Part shown: piece by piece, positions 39,901 to 51,400 of the stretch
Numbering within the stretch: the stretch's first letter is position 1
Layout: every line of letters begins with the position of its first letter
Assembly (NCBI RefSeq): GCF_000002075.1
Contig: NW_004797337.1
Span: forward strand, 1,380,341 to 1,444,092
From: Aplysia californica
Lineage: Eukaryota
DNA length: 63,752 nucleotides
Direction of reading: 5' to 3'
Made by a program: the position numbers and the translations under genes
Notes under the pieces: model-generated
The model's database searches: none
What the model was told of the DNA's origin: nothing
The model's input: the letters and a program-made list of their open reading frames with translations, nothing else

Positions 39901-42900
39901 AGATTTACAAAGTTTATCAGTCATATCTTCTCCCAAAGTCATGATATTTGAATGAAACTTGACAACATAAAAGGTTCCTCCTTGCCAAGCAATGATCTGG
40001 ATCAATATTTGTCACAAAAATGTAAGTAGAGAATTGGATTTATTAGTCTAATAAATCCAGTTCTCCACTAGTAAAAGCATGCATACTTTGTTATAGAAAA
40101 TAAGATCATCTCTGTGTATATATCCATTGTTGGTCAGTGTCCTATTGTGTGGTAGATTAAGATGCGTTTAGATAATATCTATAGTTTACAAGTCATGGGA
40201 ATATTTCGCACGTGTAGGCTACAACTCATACTATAAATGTAACATATTACTTACACCCCCCCCCCCCCCCTTCTCTCTCTCTCTCTCTCTCACACGCACA
40301 CACACACATGCACGCGCGCGCACTCACGCACGTGTGAACGATAACAATGTATAAACGGGACTATTTTCCAAGACTGGACTGAATAAGTACCGTACTCTTT
40401 AATAACAATCTTAATGCCTCACTTTTCCAAACAGAGCACAGAGGACGAGTCCAAGTGTGTGCTTTTCCCCAGAGGGGGGAATAGGCTTTCATAACGCAAA
40501 CACAATGTCATACATACAACTTCTTAGATGTTTGCTTTTCTGTTTCTATTCTTCTGTCATGCAATCAAGCAAATAAAAATGACTACATCTATTGTATTGT
40601 GACTAAAATGCAAAAAAAACACAAGTTATCAAGGCTCCCGTTTAGTTTTCAAGTATCCTTCCCCCCCTTTCCATTTAACATTAGCGGGGCCTCGTTTGTA
40701 GCGCCCGAGGCGACCGATGGCTGATGACGTCACTCAGTGGAAATTTCCAGGCCGCCGGCCGTTCACCCAGCACACGCAAATGGCAATGTCGCTTTTTCCC
40801 TTAGTTACTCCCACATTTTTAAAGATTACGCCAAAACCGCTAAACACAGAAGCATGAAATTTTAAGGGAATAAAGAAAAATGGTGTACAACGTATCAGTC
40901 AGTTTGACAAATCACAGCTCCGAAAAACCTTCAAAGCGCACCACATCAACCACTTTCGCAAACGTTTTCGACTGCTTCTAGGATGGGTACAATGTTGTCA
41001 AACTGCATACTACGAGATTGACCTCTTTTCTGATTGGCTGCCAAGTTTCATTCATATCCATTCTCGAGAAGCGGCGTGAGAGCGAGTTGAAGACAACAAC
41101 CTTAGTGTTAGTGCGTCCCATGAAACACCCCCGCGGCGGGGGCCAAAAATTGGCAGAACAAAATGCGCTCCGTGGGCATTGCTACAACCTGCCCGTACCA
41201 GCAGGCTGGAACTCTATGGTTTCAACACAGAGAAGCGGGCTCAGGCCCCTAAGTATGGCTTAGGGGCAAAGTACAAAGCATGGGAGGAGGCGAAGAAATT
41301 GGAAGAAGAGAAGAAAAAGGAAGTCTAAGAGGAAAAGAGGAAGAGAGAAAGGGAGAGAAAAGAGTGGAGAAGGAAGAAGAGAAAAGAGGGGAAAAGGTTA
41401 ACGAAGTTGGAGAAGCAGAGAGCAGGGAAGAAGAAGAAGAAACAACAGGGGGAAAGGAAGTGGGAGTAAGGGAGTAAGGGAAGGAAGAGGAAAGTACAGG
41501 CAAAGATGATGAAGAAAAAGAGAAGAAAAGGAGAGAGTGAGGAGGAGGAAGAGGATGAAAAGGAGGTGGGATTGGTTTACGACGATGACCGCTCCCCAGA
41601 TGAGAGTGTTTTGAGAGATCCGAATCTGTGTTTATACACTTGTGGGGGGGTGGGGGGTGAGAAAGATAGATGGGTGGGTTGTGACGTGTGTGAGTTGTGG
41701 TTGAATCATAAAGGGTGCTGTGGTTGTATCATAAGGGGTGTTGTGGTCGACAGAGTGCTGTGTTGAGCGAAATGTCAAAGAGTGAACTTACGTTTGTGTG
41801 CCCCGAGTTGGAGTAAAATGTTCATGTGAGTTTTTGTTTGTTTTTGTAAAGTGTTTTACGGCGCTCGCAACTGCATAAGGTCATATGAGCGCGCGGGACA
41901 CACCTAATATTTTCAGTTGGTAGGAAATTTTTGAATTTTGCCCGGGTGGCGACCGAAGCCTAGTACTCTTATCGATTTTAGACCACCAAGGGATCTTTAA
42001 CGTGCGCAACTTGCACACGGGCCCTCTGAGATTTGTCGCCCTTGTCCGAGAAAGCTAGGTGTAGATCTTTCCTACCAGAAGATCAGGGGTATGGCAGAAA
42101 GACAGCAGTAAGGAGAAGCCGAGGAGTAGCAGTAGAAAGGCTGCAGAAAGAGTCAGGAGCCCAGAGGAGGGGGCAAAGGAGGTGAGGGGGTGGGGGCAGA
42201 AAGTGGAAATTAAAGCAGACAACAGAACATTGCTAGAGAGCAGGAAAGGGGGTGAAAGGAGACAATTTTAGAGAAGAAAATTTTTTGGTCGCTACCCGGA
42301 TTCGAACCCGGGACCTTTGAATGAGAGGCCAACACCTTAACCTCTAGGCCACGAGAGCCCCCCATGTGAGTTTGTTGTGATATGTGTGGAAGAGTATTTA
42401 AGTGAAGTATGCTGTTTTAACCCATAATTTGATATTTTACAGTTAGATTCGACATTTTCCTGAAAATAATTGATTTGCGACAGTTTTAATAGCGGTTTTA
42501 TGTGTGTTGTCTGCAGCAAACATTGAAACAGTACTGTACAGTATGACCCCCAAAGCAGTGCTTCTGTGTGCGGGAGTGAAAGTAAAATTTTACATTGTTT
42601 CCGATTTTGGATTCTAGCTCTAAAATTTAAAATTTTTATTTATGGAGAAAGGCCGGGACCACTTCTCCCGAGAGTGCCAGATCTTGGGGCTTGGCTTGGG
42701 GGGGGGGGGGGGGGGAGTTCATACTCCGAACTCGTCTCAGTCACAAAGAATAATCATTTCACTGTTAGTCTTAATTAGAACGCAGCTGCAACCCAAACCA
42801 CAAAATGATTCTCAGAAATAGATACCTTGTCATTGTCAAGTCGGGTTTCGAGAATTTTGTTAAGTTTTCTCGACAGTGGGTTATTTGTTGAAGCAGTCAC

Positions 42901-42927
42901 CGGTTCGGCACCGTCCTTATCCGCCAT
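21773..42927 (-). CDS. COG6: Conserved oligomeric Golgi complex subunit 6, 637 aa, 19 exons
   Basis: Exons 42826-42927, 35861-36004, 35286-35357, 34267-34325, 33670-33781, 33185-33267, 32599-32669, 32020-32113, 31448-31524, 30753-30890, 29518-29582, 28367-28458, 27700-27814, 27014-27145, 26088-26255, 25460-25567, 23779-23832, 23308-23387, 21773-21920. Total 1914 nt, all GT-AG and in frame. Hallmark peptides: [83 protein letters not shown]. Confidence 0.97.
21977..22158. mobile_element. Tigger-like MITE; relatives at ~31828-32007 and ~46060-46236
   Basis: TA|CAGT(C)AAACCTG ... CAGGTTTGACTG|TA. Internal CAAGACAATCACTTGTACAAA is shared with the copy at 31858. Confidence 0.75.
22162..22320. repeat. 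~65-bp degenerate tandem repeat, ~2.5 copies
   Basis: CAAATACTCTTTCTAAA(A/G)GAAGAAACATTTACAGAC recurs. Confidence 0.75.
22608..22955 (-). mobile_element. tRNA-derived CORE-SINE with L2-like (TAT)n tail
   Basis: A and B boxes; CORE-like TGTGTCCTTGGGAAAGGCACTTTAC...CCTCACTTCACCCAGGTGGGAATGGGTACC; tail TGTAAAGCGCATAGAG...GCGCTATACAAAT(TAT)n. Confidence 0.85.
23098..23272 (-). mobile_element. Family B retroposon
   Basis: Colinear with 52030-52200. Confidence 0.7.
25255..25415 (+). mobile_element. Family B retroposon
   Basis: Colinear with the family. Confidence 0.7.
29612..29912 (-). mobile_element. CORE-SINE (head truncated)
   Basis: B box, CORE domain and tail present. Confidence 0.8.
30900..31085 (-). 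mobile_element. CORE-SINE 3' fragment with expanded (TAT)n tail
   Basis: Matches the family 3' third. The tail reaches the COG6 exon 10 acceptor. Confidence 0.7.
33846..33930. repeat. (GA)n(GACA)n microsatellite
   Basis: Seen directly. Confidence 0.95.
34546..34627. repeat. Perfect 41-bp tandem duplication
   Basis: TCAGAAATACGATATCAATCATGCCAAAGTTATAAAATCAC occurs twice. Confidence 0.95.
39440..40071 (+). mobile_element. Helitron-type element 3' end with ~177-bp tandem units
   Basis: ATGAAACTTG recurs at 39601, 39778 and 39952. An 18-bp-stem hairpin at 40029-40065 is followed by CACTAG|T. The 5' boundary is uncertain. Confidence 0.75.
41240..41817 (+). pseudogene. Decayed pogo/DDE_1-type transposase C-terminus (Lys/Glu coiled coil plus PHD finger)
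   Basis: [18 protein letters not shown]...ESEEEEEDE...NLCLYTCGG...[18 protein letters not shown]...LTFVCPE, with internal stops and frameshifts and no introns. Confidence 0.6.
41834..42363 (-). mobile_element. Family A SINE, near-identical to 13870-14401
   Basis: Same sequence with few substitutions. TSD ATGTGAGTTT at 41824 and 42364. Confidence 0.88.
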
Positions 42928-43302
42928 GTTTGTTGTTGTGACACGACAACGCCTAATTGTTGTGAAAATAGTTGATATCTAGGTTAATTGATCATCGTTT
43001 GGGAGGAATGGTCCGAATTCTCAGTTTTTCATAGAAAAATTAACAACATAAAATAAAATTCATATGCTTAAAACATTACACTTAGAAGACAAGCTGCACA
43101 GAAAATGTTCAGATGAGATGTTTATATAGTTATAAGAAAACATTGTTTGAATAGACTTTAGAAACAATAAATGACAACATCCTGTTCCTACCTAGATCTA
43201 ATGTAAGTTCTTAGGCCCTAGTAAAGTCATCATTCTAGAACAGTAGTGTCACAGAATAACAGAAGATCAACACAGCGTTGTACAGAGGCTTCAACATCGG
43301 AA
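42928..43302. promoter_or_regulatory. Bidirectional promoter between COG6 and TMBIM4
   Basis: Divergent ATGs are 375 bp apart. YY1-like motifs overlap both start codons (AACATGGCGG on the minus strand at 42921-42930; AAATGGCG at 43301). Confidence 0.7.
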
Positions 43303-45438
43303 ATGGCGACGACAAAGCAAAGCCAAAACACAGGGATTGGAGGGCAGTCCACCCCTTCGTCGAAAAATAATGCGGCTGGGAGTATTGTTGACGATTTCAT
43401 GTACGGATCAAATGTTGCTTCAGCTCACATTTACATTCGTATGGGTAAGTTATCCCTAAGTGTATGTAAATCTAGATACTAGACTAGATCTAGATATCTA
43501 TGTTTATTTATTGTAGGCTACTAGAATGTAGACTAGAGTCAGTAGAGTGTAGATCTCTAGGCTAGATAGACCTATTATTGTGGAAGAGGCTAGACTTGAA
43601 GTCTACCCGTACTTAATAAGTACGGCGAGACTACCAGTCTAGCCGTACTTAATGACGGCAAGACCAGCAGCCGTACTTAATGACGGTTGGATAGCAAGAA
43701 TCCTATATTATATCAATCTATATTATAATAAAATTGAGTGAAGCTACAGCGAGCATGTAGCAAATCTCTGTGATTGGCAGTAATGGCCACCTCTATTCTC
43801 ACCCGGAGTGAGAATAGTGCAGGCGAGTCTTGTGGCTATTCTCACCCGGTGCGCGNNNNNNNNNNNNNNNNNNNNNNNNNNNNNNNNNNNNNNNNNNNNN
43901 NNNNNNNNNNNNNNNNNNNNNNNNNNNNNNNNNNNNNNNNNNNNNNNNNNNNNNNNNNNNNNNNNNNNNNNNNNNNNNNNNNNNNNNNNNNNNNNNNNNN
44001 NNNNNNNNNNNNNNNNNNNNNNNNNNNNNNNNNNNNNNNNNNNNNNNNNNNNNNNNNNNNNNNNNNNNNNNNNNNNNNNNNNNNNNNNNNNNNNNNNNNN
44101 NNNNNNNNNNNNNNNNNNNNNNNNNNNNNNNNNNNNNNNNNNNNNNNNNNNNNNNNNNNNNNNNNNNNNNNNNNNNNNNNNNNNNNNNNNNNNNNNNNNN
44201 NNNNNNNNNNNNNNNNNNNNNNNNNNNNNNNNNNNNNNNNNNNNNNNNNNNNNNNNNNNNNNNNNNNNNNNNNNNNNNNNNNNNNNNNNNNNNNNNNNNN
44301 NNNNNNNNNNNNNNNNNNNNNNNNNNNNNNNNNNNNNNNNNNNNNNNNNNNNNNNNNNNNNNNNNNNNNNNNNNNNNNNNNNNNNNNNNNNNNNNNNNNN
44401 NNNNNNNNNNNNNNNNNNNNNNNNNNNNNNNNNNNNNNNNNNNNNNNNNNNNNNNNNNNNNNNNNNNNNNNNNNNNNNNNNNNNNNNNNNNNNNNNNNNN
44501 NNNNNNNNNNNNNNNNNNNNNNNNNNNNNNNNNNNNNNNNNNNNNNNNNNNNNNNNNNNNNNNNNNNNNNNNNNNNNNNNNNNNNNNNNNNNNNNNNNNN
44601 NNNNNNNNNNNNNNNNNNNNNNNNNNNNNNNNNNNNNNNNNNNNNNNNNNACAAAACAAAATTTAAAAAAAAGCAGTGTCGTGGTCGGAGATTTGAGGAC
44701 ACAGATGAGATCAAAAGGCAGCCAGGTATTGAATAAAGGCATAGAAGAAGGGAATGGTGGTTAATGTTTACGAACGATGAGGTTGGTTTTTTTTTTGGTA
44801 AGTGTTTTACGGCGCTCGCAACTGCATTAGGTCATTTGAGCTCGCGGGACACATTAAATATTTTCAATTTGTAGGAAATTTTGAATTTTGCACTGGTGAT
44901 GGCCGAAGCCTACTCTTATCGATTTTGGACTACCAAGGGATTTTAACGCGCAACTTGAACTCGGGACTTCCAAGAGTTTTCGCCCTCATCCGAGAAGGCT
45001 AGATGTAGATTTTTCCTACCAGAAGACCAGGGGTGTGGCTGAAAGACAGCAGTAAGAAGGAGCCAAGGAGTAGCAGTAGAAAGACTGCAGTAAGAGTCAT
45101 GCGCCCAGGGGAGGGGGCAAAGGAGGTGAGGGGGTGGGGGCAGAAAGTGGAGACGTAAGAAGACAAGAGAATATTGCAAGAGATAATGAAAGAAGGTGAA
45201 AGGAGAAAATTTTAGAGAAGAGAATTGTTCGGTCGCCACCCGGATTCGAGCCCAGGACCTTTGAATGAGAGGCCAACACCTTAACCTCTAGGCCACGAGA
45301 GCCCCCGAAAGATGAGTAATAACATGAATAAAAAGAACTTTATGGAATATCTCTTGTTGAACAGGTAACAAAATCAACTATATTTTGAATTGCTAAAACA
45401 ATTTTCAAAAATGACGTTCAACAAGTTCAACACAAGGA

Positions 45439-45476
<38 letters not shown>

Positions 45477-48400
45477 TCTCTCTTTCTCCATCTCTCCCAC
45501 CCCCCTTCCTTCTCTCTCTCTTTTTTCGCCCCCTCTTCTCTCTACTCCCCACTTATCTCTCACTCTTTCACTATCTCTCTCTCGCTCTGTATCTATCTAT
45601 CTATATATCTATCTCTCCCTGGCTACGTTCAGGGCGCCCTGAATTTGAATCATGTAGTCTACTTTGCAATTTAAGAATGATCTTGCTCACTTCACCCCCT
45701 ACCCTTTTGCCTCTTCTTTTTTTCACCCCCTCCCACCCCTCTTCCCGCCTTGGCCTTGGCCTTCTTCCATTCTCTCTTGTTTCTTCAAACAACTTTTATT
45801 TTCAAATTGTCTAGCGTAGTCAGGTCCGCACGGGAGTATACTCTACACTCTACGCATGATGCTTGCACCACATCTTTTTTTGCTATATGCAACCAATATA
45901 TATATATATATATATGTCTTCAGAACAACAATAGAACGTGCCCTAGAAGTTCAGAAAGATCTTCATTTATGTTTTATAGACTACAACAAGGCATTTTGGT
46001 AAACTCACACAACTAAAGAAAACAAAAACCCTTTTGAATTAGCCCTATGGCAGTCTTAAAGTCTGAGATCAGCCCCAGTTTGGGCCTCAGAAGAGAATGA
46101 TTTGCTTTCTTCAATTTGACCAGTCCTGCCTAAGATGACCATCTGTGTTATACTGCCACTTTTCTCCGTGACAATGGGTGGCCGACGGCCACTTTTCTCC
46201 TTGACAATTGGTGGCCGTTTTATACAGGTGTGACTGTACACACAATTGCATGCGTATAGCAAACTAAGATACCTTGCTCGTAATTTGAATTTCTGTGCAG
46301 CTGGTCCGCACACAGGAAGAGGATTGCAGTCTCGTTCTGTGCGCTGAGCGAGCGAGGATTTGTCGACCGAGGCTGCTTTGCTGTGCTCACCTTCGCCCTC
46401 CGTAAACTCTGTTGCATTCGGACCACCGCTGCATTATTTTTCGTACGAGTATTCCTGTGCTGTTTCGTCGTTCAGTTTGAGCGACCGTAGCGTTTCAGTC
46501 GCGCCTCTGTGCTAATGGTGGATGATTCAGGGCACTGTAAACATAGCCTGCAAACTATGTTCATGGCGCCGTGAACGTAGTCACTGCGTATTGTTTCATT
46601 CATTATACACACCCTCTCCCGTTTGGGTAGAACATTGCAAGGGGGCTTTTACTTTTAGAGTTAGATAACTTAAAGTATACAAGTTTACCCCCCCATTAAA
46701 TTGAATATAATGTAGGGTAAGGCTATTATAACTCAACAGGATTCAGCTTTGTGCTGCTAAATTACTTTATTTATAGGCTACTCATAGTACGGAAGTATTC
46801 GGAGGCCTTTTACTCCTTTCTACAAACTTCCCTCTAACTCTGCTCCAGTTTTGTAATAGGCCTATAATATGATGACCTGATTTTTGTCAAATTAACATCA
46901 AACTGACTGCAAATTAAATGAATGATTCAAACTCCAGTAAACCTACAGTTTGTTTAGATGAGAAAAACAGACGAATTTGCTGAGGTTTGCTAGATTTTAT
47001 ATGACTGTAAACAATTGAGTGATGCTGTGGGCCATGCTAAACTGGCGTGCCGTCACATATAGTTACAGTAGGCCTACTTAGGCCTCTGGCTAGCTACTAA
47101 CTCCAACTGCCATCTCTCTCTACTTTTGAAATTGAAGGTGTTTGATGTATGTTGTCGCATGACCAGAGTCCTTAACAAGGATTAATATTTATTAATTCCA
47201 ATACAACGTGAGCACTGTACTAAAGAGTCCTATTTTGAGGAGGTAATTTTCCAGGTGGACAGTTTATTCAGAGACATACATGGTTAGAGGTAAAATTTGA
47301 CCCTCAACCTGATGATTTTAGAATATTATTTTTTTCTGTAACTCCTAAAAAATTTTACTGTGATTTTGCAAAAGCCATGAGAGAAGCCATCAAGCTGCAC
47401 AACCTGCAAGTGGAAATGAATGGAAGATTTTAGGTGGTGGAAGTTTGGCAAACTCTTTTCTGCCAGAACCAGAATTGGTGTCACTGACCTTAGCAGAAGC
47501 TGCAACTCGTCTTATCTTCTTTGCTCGTTTAAAAAGAAACATTTTTCTCTGCTGATGCATTGTTCATCGCCTGACATTGACAGAGGTACTATACTATCAT
47601 TTTGTCTTTACTTGAAAAAATCTACAATTATAAGTATCTCCTCAGGTGCTTTGTATTTAGACATTCATAAAGTAATATATTTTGATTGTTTAGTGAGACA
47701 GTGGCACCCCTTGATGAAGAGGCGCTATCAAACAAAACAAACATGGTTTGCCACTATGTGATTGACTGTAGTGACATAGGGTAGTAACTTTGTAATAATT
47801 AAAGCATCTTTTAAAGGATGTCTCTGGTAAATAAATGGCAGTCTGGTTATTATAGTATAGGATTAGAGAAAGCAAATCCACAACGTCTGAATAAAACGTC
47901 ATCTGGAAAATAGCCTTGTTTTTATGATTTTAATTGAATCTTGAACAACAGTGTTTAGAAGCCTCAGGTGTGAGAGCTTAGAGGTGTAACAGCACTTTTG
48001 GAAATTGTCCCTTTTTCTTTTTGACTTTCTTGATAAATTTGGAAAATTTGTTTCAAAAGATGATTTTAAAGTAAATTTGAATCCCATGCCTCTATTATGA
48101 CAATGTTCTTAAACCTTTTATTGAAATGATCAGTAGATATATTATATATTTTTTTACATTATTAAAGTGCTGAATTTTTACATTTATTCCTATCTTCAGG
48201 CTTCATGCGTAAAGTTTATGGCATCCTTGTAACTCAACTCATAGTCACCACCATGGTGGCTGCCCTGTTCATGGCCAGCGAATCAGTGCAACAGTTTGTC
48301 CAGGAAAAGTAAGTGGTTGCAAAGTCAGCAATAATGTAAATTTTCAAAGTTTACTGTTATAGACTAATAGCTTATTTTAGGTTAGTGTTGAATTTTGTTA

Positions 48401-51400
48401 TTGGTTTGTTGTTGTTCTTTTATCTATAGGTTAAAATTTTGTATGATGGTCAGTTGATGCTCTGTGGTGAGTTGTCTTTATTGTCATATACACTATAGTT
48501 ATAAATATCTCAATTTGAGCTCAAAATGCGGGCACCTGAATACAGCATTCATACCACAAATATCTAAAACCTTGCCTGAGCTCGGTATACTGGTAAATTT
48601 TTTAATTGTCTTATCGGACAAAGTCCCACTATGCTTTTTTGCGTGATACTGAAATCAATTTCGTGGAATAATGGTCTTAGTCTGCCTCGTATTGTTTATG
48701 AGCATAAATATAAACATTCTATTTTATTTTGGAACAAAGTCCTGGTTTGTCCTGTCAATGGATTTTGACTCAAGTATTGTGAGAGTATACCATTTCATTT
48801 TTTTGAGTACGCTTCAAAGTTTCATCATAATGAATTCTTTCTCTTGTTTCTTGTAGTCACTGGATGATGACTCTCAGCTTCGTTGGAACGTTTGGCTCCT
48901 TGTTTGCCCTCATGTGGAAACGTCAGGAGACTCCAACAAACTATATCCTGCTCGGAGTTTTCGTAAGAATGTTTTTTTGTTTTTTTCGGTGTTGACATAA
49001 AGATAAAACTTTTATTTTGCTTTATTTGCATCTCAGTTATAAGGTATGTAGACCTAACTGTATGCCTGGTGAGGCCTAACATTCGTGAAAGTAATAATTT
49101 TGGAGAAAAAAAATTTGGTCTATTATTTTATTTTGTTTTAAAGGGTAATTGTTATAAATTTATTTTTTGCTTACAGATAATTTTCCAAAGCAGCTGTATA
49201 TTTCTACATGACTTTCCGGGGTTCATGTTTTGATTAGTTTCAGCAACTTAACTCTCATGAGAGTGATTAATAATTAGTAAAGTTTGCCTTTTTGTTTTGC
49301 ATTTTCGTTTTCAAACCTAGCAATGTTTTTGAAAGGCTGAATATAAGCGTAACTGGTAAAAATTTTAAAAATAAAGTCATACCATTAACAGTATTGTTTT
49401 TTTTTCTCTCCCAGACTTTGATGGAAGCATATGCTATTGGAGTCGTAGGTAAGTTTTGAAAGTTCTGTTTTGTCTCGATAATCACTTACTGATGTAGCTA
49501 AATTACTTTTTGAAGTTTTTAAGTTTGAAAAACCCCAAATCATATTGTTCCATGTTTGTGTTTGATAATCATTTATATTTAATTTCCCGAGTTCTTGAGT
49601 TGGGGTCTTAGAGAAAGAGATTGTTAAGAAGAAAAAAAAAAAAAGGTGCGGGTGGCAGGAGGGAGGAATTTTCTGAATATATGCAAACTGTGGGGTTCTT
49701 TTTTTTTCCCATTGAATTGATTTTAATATTACAACATGATGCTAATATGTTCTGCATTTCCCCCTCTATTTCAGTGACTTTCTACAAAGTGCCTTCTGTC
49801 ATTGAAGCTTTCATGCTCACCGTTGGTTTGTTTGTTGGTCTCACACTGTACACACTCCAGAGCAAGAAAGATTTCACATCCTGGCACGCACCGTGAGTAC
49901 ATTTTCCCCCATGATACTGTTCCTGTGGTACTTGAAGTTTACACGTCTCCTATTCTGAATACACAAAATGTGTAGATGGTAGCTCTTTCTGTGTGTGCTT
50001 ATATCCATGCAGTGCCATTCCAATGTTCTTGTTGCTCCTTTTTAATAATGGATAGCATTTGTATAGGGCAAATCCCCTCTCAACAGCAGGCTCTATGCGC
50101 TTCACAATCTATACTATTACCCCAGCAGACCTGAGAGCATTCTGAAATAACCTCAACTTCCTGGGAAGCATACAGTGCAAGCGGCCATTTATAGGCGCTA
50201 AAACACTAACATACTGACAAGATCTTTCGCTGTCTATTGCCGGGTACCCATTCCTACTTGGGTGAAGTGAGGAAAATTTGTGTAAAGTGCCTTTCCCAAG
50301 GACACAATGTCGGGCCCCCGGCTTGAAACCCAGACCCCGCAACCTCACGATTACTAGTCCAGTCGCCTAACCACTAGGCCACAGACGCCACAAGAAGAAC
50401 AAAATATCATCATGTGTTTACATTTATTCACCTTTGGCATACATTTGAACCTGCTCTAATGGCCACCTGTGCTGTTGAAAAAAGTAGTTGATTGAGAATG
50501 TGCACTAACGAGTGATATCGGAAATATTTGGGTCCACGCTGCCAGCATGCTTTAAGGTTGATCATGCTTTTAACCAGGTTGCTATTAACCAGAGACCTTT
50601 GAAATAAGAGTTGTTTACTCTTTTTTTCTTGTATCTTACAGGGCCATGATGTGTCTGTGGACGCTCTTTATTGCAAGCTTAATACAGGTGAGTGGATGGG
50701 TTTCTCACTTATATATTATTTTGTATATATAAATGTGAACCATTCTAAAAAAAAATGGGATGAACAACTTTGTATTTCTTTCAAATTTCCAAGTTGAGAA
50801 GATAACCTTGTAGCCTACAACACTTGCACATGAGATTGATCAGCTCGTAACATCCCCTGCCGGGAATGACGCGCTCGTCAAGGTATTGTTGTTTGCCTCT
50901 TTCAACATGGTAAGACTTTGTATGAGGCTGTTCCTTCGAAATTAATGTCCATCTCCGATTGGTTGAAGCCTAGTGGATGGAGAGCCTTTAAAATTTCTCG
51001 AAATAACCCAACTTCAAAAACACCTATTTGGGGGTTTGAACCAGGGCCATTTGTTCCATTGTCCATCATGATTTCGATTGATTGAGCTAATAGAGCATCC
51101 CTTTACAAGGTATGACATGGGGGTAACATGGATATGTTCTATCTTCGATTTTTTTCTCCAAGAAAACGCAGAGTTGGCAAGCATCATTCTTCCATATTGA
51201 AATAATCTTGCATGTTGAAACACTGTGGGGTATTTGTTCTTGCGATCAACACAAGAAGGTTCTAAAACATTAGTGTGTCAGGACAATCATGGGGTATTTA
51301 TGAATGAACATGTTCTAAGCCCTTGGATTTGATGGACATTTATACATGTGTAGAAATTTCAACTGGAATGAGTTTATTTCTAGGTAACCACACCTTTTTT

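Noticed and set aside
42816-42825. COG6 intron 1 donor GTATCTATTT as a U12 site
   Set aside because: It differs from GTATCCTTT at key positions, and I saw no TCCTTAAC branch site near the acceptor.
43744-44764. Long ORFs of 278-332 aa (similarly 8716-9144, 28702-29340, 60097-60654)
   Set aside because: They are open only because they cross N gaps.
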